Part shown: positions 1-10,130 of the stretch, piece after piece
Layout of the letters: every line of letters starts with the position of its first letter
Position numbering within the stretch: the first letter of the stretch is position 1
Assembly (NCBI RefSeq): GCF_006345805.1
Contig: NC_042999.1
Location: 108,934,001-108,998,000 of the forward strand
Origin: Octopus sinensis
Lineage: Eukaryota
DNA length: 64,000 nt
Direction: 5' to 3'
Made by a program: the position numbers and the translations under genes
Notes under the pieces: generated by a model
Seen by the model: the letters and a program-made list of their open reading frames with translations, nothing else
What the model was told of the DNA's origin: nothing
Databases searched by the model: none

Positions 1-180
1 CTCTTTCTTCCTTCTAACCGAGTCTCTAAAAATTGCCCCCCCCCCCATACACACACATAGAAGACAGATTTTCTCTAAAAAAAATCATCCCTAATGAATC
101 TCTGAAATGAGATGAAAGAGCTAAAATTATCATCTAAAATTCTGACTAGCTTCCTTTTATTATTATATGTGTGCGCACGT

Positions 181-320
181 GTGTATGTGTACCTATGTTT
201 GTCCCGCACCACCGATTGACAACCGGCGTCGGTGTGTTTACATACCCGTAACTTAGTGGGTCGACAAATTTAACCGATGGAATAAGTACGAGGCTTAAAA
301 GAGAAGTACTGGGAATCGAC
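181..320 (+). mobile_element. tRNA-derived SINE family A, 3' portion
   Basis: Matches the 3' half of the full copy at 15908-16303 (gtttgtccc..ttgacaaccg..cccgtaacttag..aataagtac..gtactggg). Confidence 0.8.
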
Positions 321-367
321 ACACACACACATATACGTACATTATATATATATATATATATAATATA

Positions 368-403
<36 letters not shown>

Positions 404-475
404 GCATGGCATGTATACTTGCATATATACACACGCACGCACACACACACACACACATACACACACACACACACC
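321..475. repeat. (AT)n/(AC)n microsatellite
   Basis: Directly visible dinucleotide runs. Confidence 0.95.
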
Positions 476-819
476 AGTTTCTCTTCTTATTTACCTAAAA
501 TTTTATGCTAATGACACTAACATCTGATCTCTTTTCTTTCACAAGTGACAGACTTAATTCGTTCATTTTGGATCAACAAATAATAAGATTAAAAAGTTAT
601 CTGCTGAAATAAAAAAAAAGTTGCGTTGTTATTAAATGTCCATTACTCCATTCTAATAATTGTGTAGTGCAATCACGTCTAGATACAAAGTAGGTATTCG
701 TTCACACAAGTCCTGTGTTAAACAGAATTATAATTCGTTGGACTATCTTTGAGAATTTATTCCCTTTAATCCCAAAGACACTGACATCAATCAAGAATTG
801 ACTAAATAACCTCTCGTAC

Positions 820-953
820 ATGTCTACAAACACACATACTTATGTGTATTTATGTATGACCGTACACTTTTTTATTTGTATGTGTACATGTATATGTGTG
901 TATATACATGTGTATGTATGTATGTATGACCGTACACTTTTATTTCTGTGTAC

Positions 954-1001
<48 letters not shown>

Positions 1002-1115
1002 ATGTATATACATGTGTGTGTGTGTATGTGTATATTCATTGATCTACATTGTTATATGTATGTACGTATATGTGAACATATAGATGTGTTTATGTTGTGT
1101 ATTCATTGATCTACA
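820..1115. repeat. AT/GT low-complexity tract with short internal duplications
   Basis: tgtatgaccgtacactttt occurs twice and attcattgatctaca twice within dinucleotide repeats. The 87-aa ORF here is a repeat artefact. Confidence 0.9.
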
Positions 1116-2281
1116 GTTACTATTTTTTTGTTTAGATACAAAATTAGAGTCTATATAATCTTATGCAAACAATTGAAATATTTAAAATGGTTTTAAATGA
1201 CATCTTGACTATTCTTTATTATTTTTTTTGATTATTATTAATTTTTTTAATGTATATTTGTGCGAAAATAAATCTTTTAAACGTACAATCGTCTGCTTCA
1301 TTGATATTCTTCTGCGTGTCGAATGTCGGTTGATGAAAACTTATAAAAGCAACATTTGGTAAGTATTCACTTTAAATTAGATACTAGAAACAACAAAATA
1401 ATATTGATATTCCAAAACACTCCTTATATTGAAGATATTTCTACTGTATTTTTGTTAAAAACGTTTCAATTTTATTTTTGTATATCTTATTTCAAATTTC
1501 TTGTAAACTTAAAACGTTGCTGCAACACGGTTTGGGGATATAAAGTATTTTGTAAATAATATACTGTTATCTATTATTATTATTGTTGTGGTACTGTTTT
1601 TTTGACAAACGAAACGCTTAATCGGACAAAATTTTTTGAATTGGATGAAGATATCTATAATTTCATTAAAAAATGTTGACTGATTAAAACTCCATTTTTA
1701 TCACGCCGTGATAAGTCTGCAGATGAATATAGACAACTAAATCCCTTACACAACTAAACTGGTCAAGATACCAGTCATCTATACAGTTATAAAAAGTATT
1801 GACTCTTTAATTTTATCCGATAAAGCTATATTTACAGAAAAACACCCCAACAGTTTAATACAACATAAGCAAAAGTAATGTATTCTACGACATATTTCAA
1901 TATTTTGCGTATGAGCGTCATTGTTGTTGTTGTTTAACACCAGGCCAGTTCTGATTGTCCTGATCTGCGATCAAACAAGTTCCTGATTGGATCATCATTT
2001 CTTATTGTCAGACATAATACCTTTAAGACTATATTATTCAATGTTTTTTTATTTTTATTTTTATGACGGTACTGTGTGGTTTGGTGGCGATTTGGCTGCT
2101 ATCTCTAGTAGCTACAAGCGACTATGTAATAGTTTTTTTTTTCATTGGCATCAGCGTTTGTTCACCTCACAATGACCTTTCCCGAATCAAACCAATTCTT
2201 GTAAGATAGAAACTGAAATCGCATCAGATGGACTGAAGCCTTTTCACTGTGTATATATATAATTCTTTTTACAATAGTGTT

Positions 2282-2324
2282 GACAGTGACTTCGAAGTTT
2301 CGGTCTAGCCTTCATGAGACAGTC
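2282..2324 (-). ncRNA. degenerate minimal type I hammerhead ribozyme motif
   Basis: Minus strand reads GACUGU-CUCAUGA-A-GGCUAGACC-GAAA-C-UUCGAA-G-UC-ACUGUC. Stem I has 5 of 6 pairs, the stem III loop is palindromic and the cleavage triplet is GUC, but the core has G5>C. Confidence 0.55.
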
Positions 2325-2360
2325 TGATAATGAAGCCGGCCGAAATTTCGAAATATATAT

Positions 2361-2535
2361 GCGTGTGTGCTTGTTCCCCATCACCACTGGTTCGACAAAA
2401 GAGACCGATATAATAAGTGCCTAGCTTAAAAAAAAAAAATTAAGTACTGGGGTTGATTCATTCGACTAATAATTCTTCAAGTCGGTGCCCCAGCATGGCC
2501 GCAGTCTAATGACTGAAACAAGTAAAAGATAAAAA
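2361..2535 (+). mobile_element. SINE family A, 3' portion
   Basis: Ends in ccccagcatggccgcagtctaatgactgaaacaagtaaaaga, as do the other family A copies. Confidence 0.85.
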
Positions 2536-2736
2536 AAATAATAACTCGACATCAACAAAACTGTATACACCTCTCTCTCTCTCCAAGTTTCAAAATCGTG
2601 GTTAGTTTTCAATTTATTTGTCTGACATCCTCCTCCATTTCGGTTTCACCAATCAAATTTTGGTGGTCGGGAAACTCGCTTACTTAGAAACTCTGCCATT
2701 CCCTCCTACCCATTTTTGCAATTTTTATTTTCTATA

Positions 2737-3250
2737 TCTATATATATAAAACTCTAGTTGTGTGAGTGTCTGTCCCCTTCGATTTAGATTCCTAACTCCT
2801 CCCACATTTTAACCAAATTCGGGTATCTTATAGTCGTGATTCATATCGAGCCCGTCTGACTATTAGCGCGCGTCAACGATGAGTCTACGATTTTAAAAAT
2901 AATTTAACATAATTTTTTATTCCATTTTAATGCATAATTTTTCGTGTGTCGATGGCGGCGGAGTTGGCGTCCACGCTCACAGCTGCACCTGTTTGCTTCT
3001 CCCCCTTCCCTCCCTCGTGAAGCTGTGGGGAAGGGAGTGTAAAGAAATCAACGTCGTAATGCGTTGTTAAGGAAACCAGCGTTCTTTTAGAACAACGACT
3101 TCATGGCTTGAAGACACTGAGTCAACGATTTAAAAAAAAAATTATCATTTTTTATTCCATTTTTAATGCATTTTTTTGCTATAACTCTCTAAAAATGCTT
3201 ATATAGTTATTTCCCTTACAAACCCGAGCAACGCCGGGCAATACTGCTAG
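2737..3250 (+). mobile_element. non-autonomous Helitron
   Basis: 5' A|TCTATATATATAAAA, subterminal hairpin CCCGAGCAACGCCGGG (3223-3238), 3' CTAG|T. Inserted in an A/T dinucleotide with no TSD. Internal duplication at about 2888-2935 and 3126-3172. Confidence 0.85.
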
Positions 3251-3414
3251 TACCATATAAACATGTACATCTTTTAGAACATTGTCATTTTATAAGATTT
3301 TGTTGGCAAATATTTCAATTCACATAAACATTTATTTACATGAAAGAAAATTACCGGAGAACTTTCATCTACTTCTTCCAAATCCTTCTGTTAAACTGTA
3401 CTGAAACCATTAAA

Positions 3415-3780
3415 ATAATAATAATAATGAAATTATTGTATACAGTGCTCAGGTGCACCACAACTTGTCAGAGTATATGCAGTAATGTACAAATGTCTGG
3501 AAAGCGAACAATGCATGAGTCAGATACATGCTTGTGTGTGTATGGAGGGGAGAAAATCAGGTGTAGTGTTGGCGAATCTCAGAAAGCATGGAAGTTTTGA
3601 AGGATGCAGTGCTCCGACAACTAACAACTGATGCCGGCAGTTTGTTCCATGCTTCAGCAACTCTCAGCGTGAAAAAATGTTTCCTGAAGTCATGGGAGCT
3701 GTGCTGTTTTCTGACTTTGTAAATATGTTCACGAGTGTTAGATGGGTGGAGTTTGAAAAGGTGCTCAGAGTTATTGTTAT
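3415..3780 (-). mobile_element. CR1/L2-group LINE 3' fragment
   Basis: Minus translation NTREHIYKVRKQHSSHDFRKHFFTLRVAEAWNKLPASVVSCRSTASFK matches the CR1-type ORF2 C-terminus. A 3' UTR and (ATT)n tail follow. Confidence 0.85.
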
Positions 3781-3838
3781 TAGTGGGAATATTTTATCAC
3801 CACAACTAGTCGCACACCACAAGGTTTAACGGACCATA

Positions 3839-4334
3839 CTAAAGCAAGCCAGCACGCCCGTAGTACGTAGTATTACTACGGGCGCCGTAGTACGTAGTAT
3901 TACTACGGGCGACGGCGAGGCTAAGGCGTTGGGAAAGCCAAGCGTCCTCACGGCCATCACCTGACACCACGGTGAGGCGGGCTGCCAACGTCGACAAGAA
4001 CTTCACGATTAGTGGCCCACTCCGTCCGAACGTCTCAAACGCCGCAGGTTGGAAGGGATAGTTCACTGTCAGGTCCCGATACTTCAGGGTTTTCTTCCGT
4101 TCGGCTACGGAAATAGTGACCCTCCCATTAATTGCTGCATCCAGTATATGGGAGGGAGCAAAGGAGTCGCAGACTGTGACGTCCCAAATGAGCCACCTAC
4201 CTCTAACCCGGGACTGAGGGTAAGACCATTTGGCTTCTTTCCATACTTCTGGATAACCCCGACGGCTCCAGAACTGAGGGGGTATTAATCCGAGCCTAGG
4301 CCTGCTTAATGATTAGGTTTAGCTCGGTGTGACG
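3839..4334 (-). mobile_element. CRE-clade non-LTR retrotransposon 3' fragment (restriction-like endonuclease)
   Basis: With two 1-nt frameshifts and one stop it reads RHTELNLIIKQA*ARINTPSVLEPSGLSRS(D)GKKPNGLTLSP(W)VRGRWLIWDVTVCDSFAPSH...KYRDL..YPFQPAAFETFG...WLSQRLSLAVARSN. This is the RLE C-terminal motif set of CRE elements. Confidence 0.8.
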
Positions 4335-4777
4335 AACGAAGTCAACAATGATAGGGGCAATAATACAAGCTGGGGTATACTTTTGCAATTGATTTTTTAC
4401 TTAGAGATCCTGCGACGGCTTCCCGAAACTGGTGAGGTTAGTCTGGTTAATATTCATTTTCAACGACTGATAATCGACGACTGCAAGACGGAGGTGGGGG
4501 AAGAAAAAAAGGAAGACAAAGCCGGTCAAGAAATCCAGGATGTTAATGCTTTGATGGATCGTAGGACCTCATGATTGCATAGATAATAAATAAACGTTTT
4601 GTTACTTTCACCAATGAGAGAGTCTTTACATAGTAGTAGTAGCCAACTCATCACCAAATCATACATACAACTATCTTATGAATGAGAAGGCACATTGGAT
4701 AATGAAGTTTTAAGCCATAAAACTATTATGTCTGGAAATAAGTGAACGATTGAAGGTAATAATGATAGGGGCATTAA

Positions 4778-4975
4778 AGGCAATGAATTGGCAGAGTCGT
4801 TAGCCGCTGAACTAGAAGCTTAGCAGCATTTCGTCCGGAATTTTAATTCCGCCGAGGTCGACTTTGTCTTTCATCCTTTTGGTGTCGGTAAAATAAGTAC
4901 TAGATAAGCACCAAGATAAATGTAATCGATTCCCTACCCCACCCGAAGTTGTTGGCCTTATACCGAAATTTGAAT
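4778..4975 (+). mobile_element. tRNA-derived SINE family B with target-site duplication
   Basis: Head tggcagagtcgttagc, central gtcgactttgtctttcatcctttt..aaaataagtac, tail ggccttataccgaaatttgaa. Flanked by aataatgataggggcattaa and aacaatgctaggggcaataa. Confidence 0.85.
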
Positions 4976-5827
4976 TTAACAATGCTAGGGGCAATAATAC
5001 AAGCTGGGCTATACTTGTAATTGAAATGGCGAGCCTTGACACTCACTGCGTTTTGTTGATTCTGGTTGAGGCATTATTTTAAGGATACAAATGTCTGGAA
5101 TTCTGTTATAATTCAGTGAATAGTTGGTATTGTTGATCGAAGATCAGGAACATTCATCGTCCAAAATCAACTGAGTATCCATTAAAAAAAAAACATAAAT
5201 TAAAAGATAATTGCACAACGATATATTACTTATTAGATATTCAATTTTAGGCAAAAAAAAAAGTGTGAATAGGGGACGGTTCTCCCAAATGTTAAATCGT
5301 TCTTTCTTTTTGCTTAGACTGGAATAAAGTAAAAAAAAAATGTCGACATTCGATTGAAGCAATTTGTGTTGGAAATCCTTTGATGATAGGGCTGTTCTGA
5401 TCTACGTAGTCGCTCAACCTGCTGGAAAGAATAGTTGAATAACAACTCACACGCTACCATTTTAAAACGTATGATGTGATTATTTTTATTTGATCAGTTT
5501 GCAGGAAAGAACATTGCCCACGACCTACAAAGTTCCTTTAAAAGACCGGTGAGACCGATGTTATTAATGTTTTTGTTGAGCCTCTGTCAGTCAACTCCAG
5601 TGGAAAAGGCATGAGCAAAGAAGATTTCTAGAGGGTCGATATACTAGGAAGGAGTGGACCTAGTAAACAGGAATTTAGGCAAAAATGGCACAAGTGAAAA
5701 AAAAAACAGGTAAAAATAGCACAATAAGCTTACTGAAATATACACTTTTGGCCCATAGTCCGTATTTTACCAGTTTCATTCTTTACTTTATGCATACATA
5801 CATACACACATATATATATATATATAG

Positions 5828-6030
5828 TTAATCCAAACAAGAAAGCACAAAAAACACAACAACGCGTGGACGTGGAACAAATATAGTATTATTGGACGCT
5901 CAGGAAAGTAGGAGGGTTTAACGTTTCGAGCGGAGCTCTTCGTCGGAAACATAGGAGAAGGAAAGATCCAGAGAAGGGAAGACACAGGAAAAAAAATCGC
6001 CAACGGTACACACGCGGTCACATTTTGAAA
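5828..6030 (-). mobile_element. short Penelope-type pLTR / retrozyme-like element with hammerhead motif
   Basis: Shares ttcctgagcgt..taatac with the 7.3, 8.6 and 11.3 kb copies and contains the hammerhead at 5916-5950. Confidence 0.7.
5916..5950 (-). ncRNA. minimal type I hammerhead ribozyme motif (U4>C)
   Basis: GUUU-CCGACGA-A-GAGC-UCC-GCUC-GAAA-CG-UU-AAAC; stems I and II fully paired. Confidence 0.7.
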
Positions 6031-6115
6031 TATATATATATATATATATATATTTGTAAAAAATGAAGTTCGAAAATGCTGCTATATTATACAATTTTTA
6101 ATTTTTATATATACA

Positions 6116-6157
6116 TTATAACATGTTTCAGTTCCTGAAATGAACCTTATCAAAAAA
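6116..6157 (-). ncRNA. minimal hammerhead motif, U3:A8 core variant
   Basis: UUUU-UUGAUAA-GGUUC-AUUUCAG-GAACU-GAAA-CAUG-UU-AUAA. Stem II is closed by G-U and stem I is weak. Confidence 0.6.
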
Positions 6158-6487
6158 AGTTATATATAAAAAAAGACAGCTCATGCCGTCAAACACAAGA
6201 AATTCATTTATAATACACAACGGAGTCAGACATCTTAGAGTTCATGTATAGTTGATATATAGTTTGAAGTAAGTTCATTCATGCTATATGTTCAAAGTGT
6301 TCGATGCAGTGGCCCACGGTGGCGATACGTATTCAATACAAAAAACAGATCAAAGTGGTGGAAAGCAGTCAATACAGAAGATTGATGTTTCCGAAAGAGC
6401 GAGGAATTCATTTTTACCTTAAGCAATTGTGATGACCCATGGTGGGTGTTCGCTGGGTGGTTCTAGTGAGTCTTGTGAAGTGCTCGG

Positions 6488-6845
6488 TTTTATAATGCCT
6501 GTTAGGTGGTCAGTCCAGCGTAGCGTGACGTCATCAATGTTTTGACCAATCGTTTCATTAGGTGGCTTTAGTCAAGCAGAACGGGACGTCATCATCATTT
6601 TGACCAATCGCTGCATTATAACTGCCTCTTGTCTGTTTCCTGTTTTGACCAGTCGCTTCGTTAGTCAAGCAGAACGGGACGTCATCCAGATTCTGCCCAA
6701 TCACGACTTATAGCTACATTAGATCTGCCCCCTGTCTGTACTTCTTAGGTGACTAGTCAAGCAGAAAAGGACGTCATCAATATTCTGACTAATGACTGTC
6801 CCCTGTTTGTATTCTGTCCATTCTAGCAGAACTAGGCGTCATCAT
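6488..6845 (-). promoter_or_regulatory. putative element-borne Pol II promoter
   Basis: Perfect TGACGTCA at 6526-6533 plus four further GACGTCATC-like copies, four of the five followed by CCAAT-like motifs. TATAAAA lies on the minus strand at 6494-6488. Confidence 0.5.
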
Positions 6846-6865
6846 ATATATATAGAATAACAATG

Positions 6866-7205
6866 TGGAGGCGCAATGGTCAAGTGGTTAGGGTAGCGAA
6901 CTCGTAGGATCGCGGTTTCGATTCCCAGACCGGGCATTGTGAGTGTTTATTGCGCGAAAATATCTAAAGCTCCACGAGGCTCCGGCAGGGGGTGGTGGCG
7001 AACCCTGCTGTACTCTTTCACCACAACTTTCTCTCACTGTTTCTGTTGTACCTGTATTTCAAAGGGCTAGCCTTGTCACTCTGAATCTCTCTGAGAACTA
7101 CGTTGTGGAGTGTTCAGCCACTTGCGCGTTAATTTCACGAGCAGGCCGTTCCGTTGATCGGATCAACTGGAACCCTCGTCGTCGTAATCGACGGAGTGCC
7201 ACGAT
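6866..7205 (+). mobile_element. tRNA-derived SINE family C, full length
   Basis: A box TGGTCAAGTGG, B box GGTTTCGATTCC, body, and (AAT)-rich tail. Confidence 0.85.
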
Positions 7206-7239
7206 AATATAATAATAACAATTTGAAATTTATAGAAAA

Positions 7240-7375
7240 ACAAAAGACGAAGACATGTGTATGAACAACAACCAAGTGTATTAATTTGACGCTCAGGGAA
7301 AATGGAAACGTCTTTTACGTTTCGAGCCTACGCTCTTCAACAGAAAGGAATAAAAGAAAATAAATAGAGAGTGAA
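7240..7375 (-). mobile_element. short hammerhead-bearing element, CUGU-N-GA family copy 1
   Basis: Homologous to 8545-8700 and 11255-11410. Confidence 0.75.
7312..7347 (-). ncRNA. minimal hammerhead motif, A6>U core
   Basis: CUUU-CUGUUGA-A-GAGC-GUAG-GCUC-GAAA-CG-UA-AAAG; all stems paired. Confidence 0.7.
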
Positions 7376-7390
7376 TATATATATATAGAT

Positions 7391-8050
7391 AGATGTGCTT
7401 CAAATAAAAATCTCAAATTCACAACTTGCCCACTTTACAAATTCAGTGACAGCGTAACCTTCACTCAACGCCAAAATAAAGAACTTTATTTCATTAGAAA
7501 ATTCGAACCAAGTTTGAACATCCTGGGCCAGGAACATTAAAACAATACATTGGTCTTCCGAAAAGAAAAATGGAATTCTACCACTACCACGACGATCACT
7601 ACGACTGCTGCTACTATTACTACTACGATCAACAGTCCTCCACTGCTGCTGCTACAACCAATGAGCTGCCGCAACCCCAACCACCACCACCACGGTTACT
7701 ACTACTACGACCAACAGTTACTGTTGCTACTGCCATTTCATCCACTGACCATTCGGACACACAAGACAGCTAAAAACAACCACGTGGATTCTGTTGAGAC
7801 CAGTAAGAAACAATTATGAACTTTTTTTTTATTACACTTAACTTTAAATTCACAGCTATTATGCTTACTCCCCACAAAACACCACCACGTGGATTCTGTT
7901 GAGACCAGTAAGAATTAATTATGAACTTTTTATTACACTTAACGTTTAAAAATATTTTTGATAAGGTTCGTTTTTTCAAGAAGAACCGAAACATGTAAAA
8001 TTTCTCAAAAAATTAAAATTTATCTTATATAGTGGCGTTTTCAAACTTCT
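7391..8050 (+). mobile_element. Penelope-like element 3' end (GIY-YIG C-terminus plus pLTR)
   Basis: 7391-7540 translates RCASNKNLKFTTCPLYKFSDSVTFTQRQNKELYFIRKFEPSLNILGQEH*, a typical PLE ORF end (E.YFI.KF.P.LN). It is followed by a trinucleotide-rich UTR, a tandem duplication and a hammerhead. Confidence 0.8.
7954..8001 (+). ncRNA. minimal type I hammerhead ribozyme, U3:A8 core variant
   Basis: AUUU-UUGAUAA-GGUUC-(13 nt)-GAACC-GAAA-CAUG-UA-AAAU. Stems I and II are perfect, stem III is palindromic and the triplet is GUA. Confidence 0.8.
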
Positions 8051-8544
8051 TATATATATACACACAGTGTCATATAAACATGTACATACATGTTTAGGTG
8101 TGTATACATTTGGTGAATGCCTTTCTGTATACGCCCATATATATATATATTCACAATGGGGAAGAGAGAGTGTGTGTATGTACATATCTGTGTGTGTGTG
8201 TAGTATATGACGCTATACATTCATATATCCTGATATCTGAATGTAGGTTTGTATATGTATATTTGCATGTATATTTATATATACATAATAAACATATACA
8301 TACATATGTTTGGGAGTGTGTACAAGTAATGATTGTAAGCTTGTTTAAGCCGGTGTGTATGTATACATATACAAACTACTATGTAAATACTCTCTCATTG
8401 GTGAGCTACGCAGTCACGAGATCCTGCGATCCATCAAAATCTATATAAATGGTGACTATATGCAAAGTGTCATATAAACATTTACATACATACGTAAAAA
8501 CTTCTTTTGCCAATAGTGTATATTTCAGTAAAGGGAAAGTTCAC

Positions 8545-8700
8545 GAAAAAAAAAACATAAGACGAAGACAGGTGGTGTACAAAACAAACTGATGTATTAG
8601 TATAACGCTCAGGAATAGAAAAAGTCATTTACGTTTCGAACCTATGCTCTTCTACAGAAAGGGACACAGAAAAAAAAAACAAGGAGAGAAAAAATGTGTA
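8545..8700 (-). mobile_element. short hammerhead-bearing element, CUGU-N-GA family copy 2
   Basis: Hammerhead at 8626-8661: CUUU-CUGUAGA-A-GAGC-AUAG-GUUC-GAAA-CG-UA-AAUG. Confidence 0.75.
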
Positions 8701-9570
8701 TATATTTCAGTAAGCGTATTGTGCCATTTTTACCTATTTTTTTGCGTGTGCCATCTTTACCTGTGCCTTTATTACCGTTCGCCAGTAAACAGTGCATGGC
8801 CCTGGTATGTGTGAGGGGCACAAAGGTGATGAGAAGAGGAGAGACGAATGGTTCGAGAAGTTGCGTGAGCCCAGTCAGTTCCGAGGATTATATGTCATTA
8901 TTATAATAACAATGAAAATTGCAGAGAGGAGATAACACATCTGTGGGGCAGAGACTGAAGCTCGTCTGTCAGTGATTCGATGCTAGTCATATAGATGGTT
9001 CTCATCTGGATGGAGTTCAGGAAACCTGTGTGTGCTGCTGCAGCAGCACCGTTCCAGATGAGAGCAATACTCCATTGTGGGTTTCACCTGATTTTTGTTG
9101 AGTGTCAATAATTGTTAAGGGTGGATGGCTGATACATTCTTTTGGGCCTGAAGATACGCCATGTGTGAAAATGAAAAGATGTGATAGTCATGGCTGGAAC
9201 ATCTTTAAATAAATGCCAATTCAAGGCTGACCTGGGTTTAAATAACAAAAAACTAATTTTGCTCATAATCATTTAAATTTTAATGTCGCTTAGATATAAC
9301 ATCTTACGCTTGAAATATGCTCGCTATTAAATTATCACTATAATCCTGGACTAATATCCAACGTTTTCAAAATATAAGATGGCAATTTAAAAATATATGC
9401 ATATTTATTTAGAATTCTGTAATTCATTTTCTTAATTTCATCTAGATATAAACGAGTTACTTGAATTCTAGAACTACAAAATATTAAATGTTGAAATTGA
9501 CGATTATCTATTTTGAAGTAAAAAAAAAAAATTCATCTGTTTATTTAATTTGTTAGTGTGCATATGTAGG

Positions 9571-9607
<37 letters not shown>

Positions 9608-9786
9608 TAGATAGATAGATAGATAGACACACACACAACCACACATATATAGAGAGAGGGAGATATACGAAGAATGTGATTCTGTGTGTATGTATGTATG
9701 TACATATGTATATATAATCTTATCCAAAAGTAATTCATTATTTTGCATTATCAAAGAAATGCGCATATTATGTATGTATATGCGTA

Positions 9787-9933
9787 TCTCCTCCACCGCC
9801 TCTCCCACTCCCTTTCTCTCCTCCCTCCCTCTCCTCCCTCCCTCTCCTCCCTCTCTCTCTCCTCCCTCTCTCTCTCCTCCCTCCCTCTCCTCCCTCCCTC
9901 TCCTCCCTCCCTCTCTCTCTCCCTCCCTCCCTC

Positions 9934-10010
<77 letters not shown>
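9787..10010. repeat. homopyrimidine (CT/CCT) tract followed by (TATC)n
   Basis: Directly visible. The ORFs across it are repeat artefacts. Confidence 0.95.
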
Positions 10011-10011
<1 letters not shown>

Positions 10012-10083
10012 ACATACGCATAGATAAATTAATGGATATGACCGACGTTTCTGCGTGTGCGCACGCGCACTGGGATATTTATT

Positions 10084-10130
<47 letters not shown>

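Larger units (their letters stand above)
6060..6845 (-). mobile_element. Penelope-type pLTR-like unit: CRE/CCAAT array, TATA box, transcribed body, hammerhead
   Basis: See the component features. The ~60 nt 3' of the hammerhead are homologous to 8002-8050, which follows a Penelope GIY-YIG remnant. Confidence 0.6.

Noticed and set aside
495-603. Minus-strand segment with a strong acceptor (tttcagcag) and donor (ag|gtaaat)
   Set aside because: All frames are blocked or end in TAG at the donor and there are no partner exons. It could only be a non-coding exon, which is unsupported.
1255-1364. CpG-containing stretch ending in a perfect GTAAGT donor, a possible CNTD1 5' UTR exon
   Set aside because: It is 14 kb from the first coding acceptor with no independent support.
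1698-1714. TTATCAC-GCC-GTGATAA palindrome resembling a phage operator
   Set aside because: A single 7-bp inverted repeat is expected by chance in 64 kb of AT-rich eukaryotic DNA.
4769-4805. GIKGNELAESLA, resembling the RNase H motif GxxGNExAD
   Set aside because: The codons coincide with the family B SINE head (tggcagagtcgttagc) and its TSD, so the match is coincidental.
6866-6935. tRNA gene call for SINE heads (also 15908-15975 and 61665-61740)
   Set aside because: A and B boxes are present but there is no complete cloverleaf, and each continues into or sits among SINE or repeat sequence.
9146-9175. CTGAAGA..GAAA spacing
   Set aside because: No stem III or UH triplet and no stem I.
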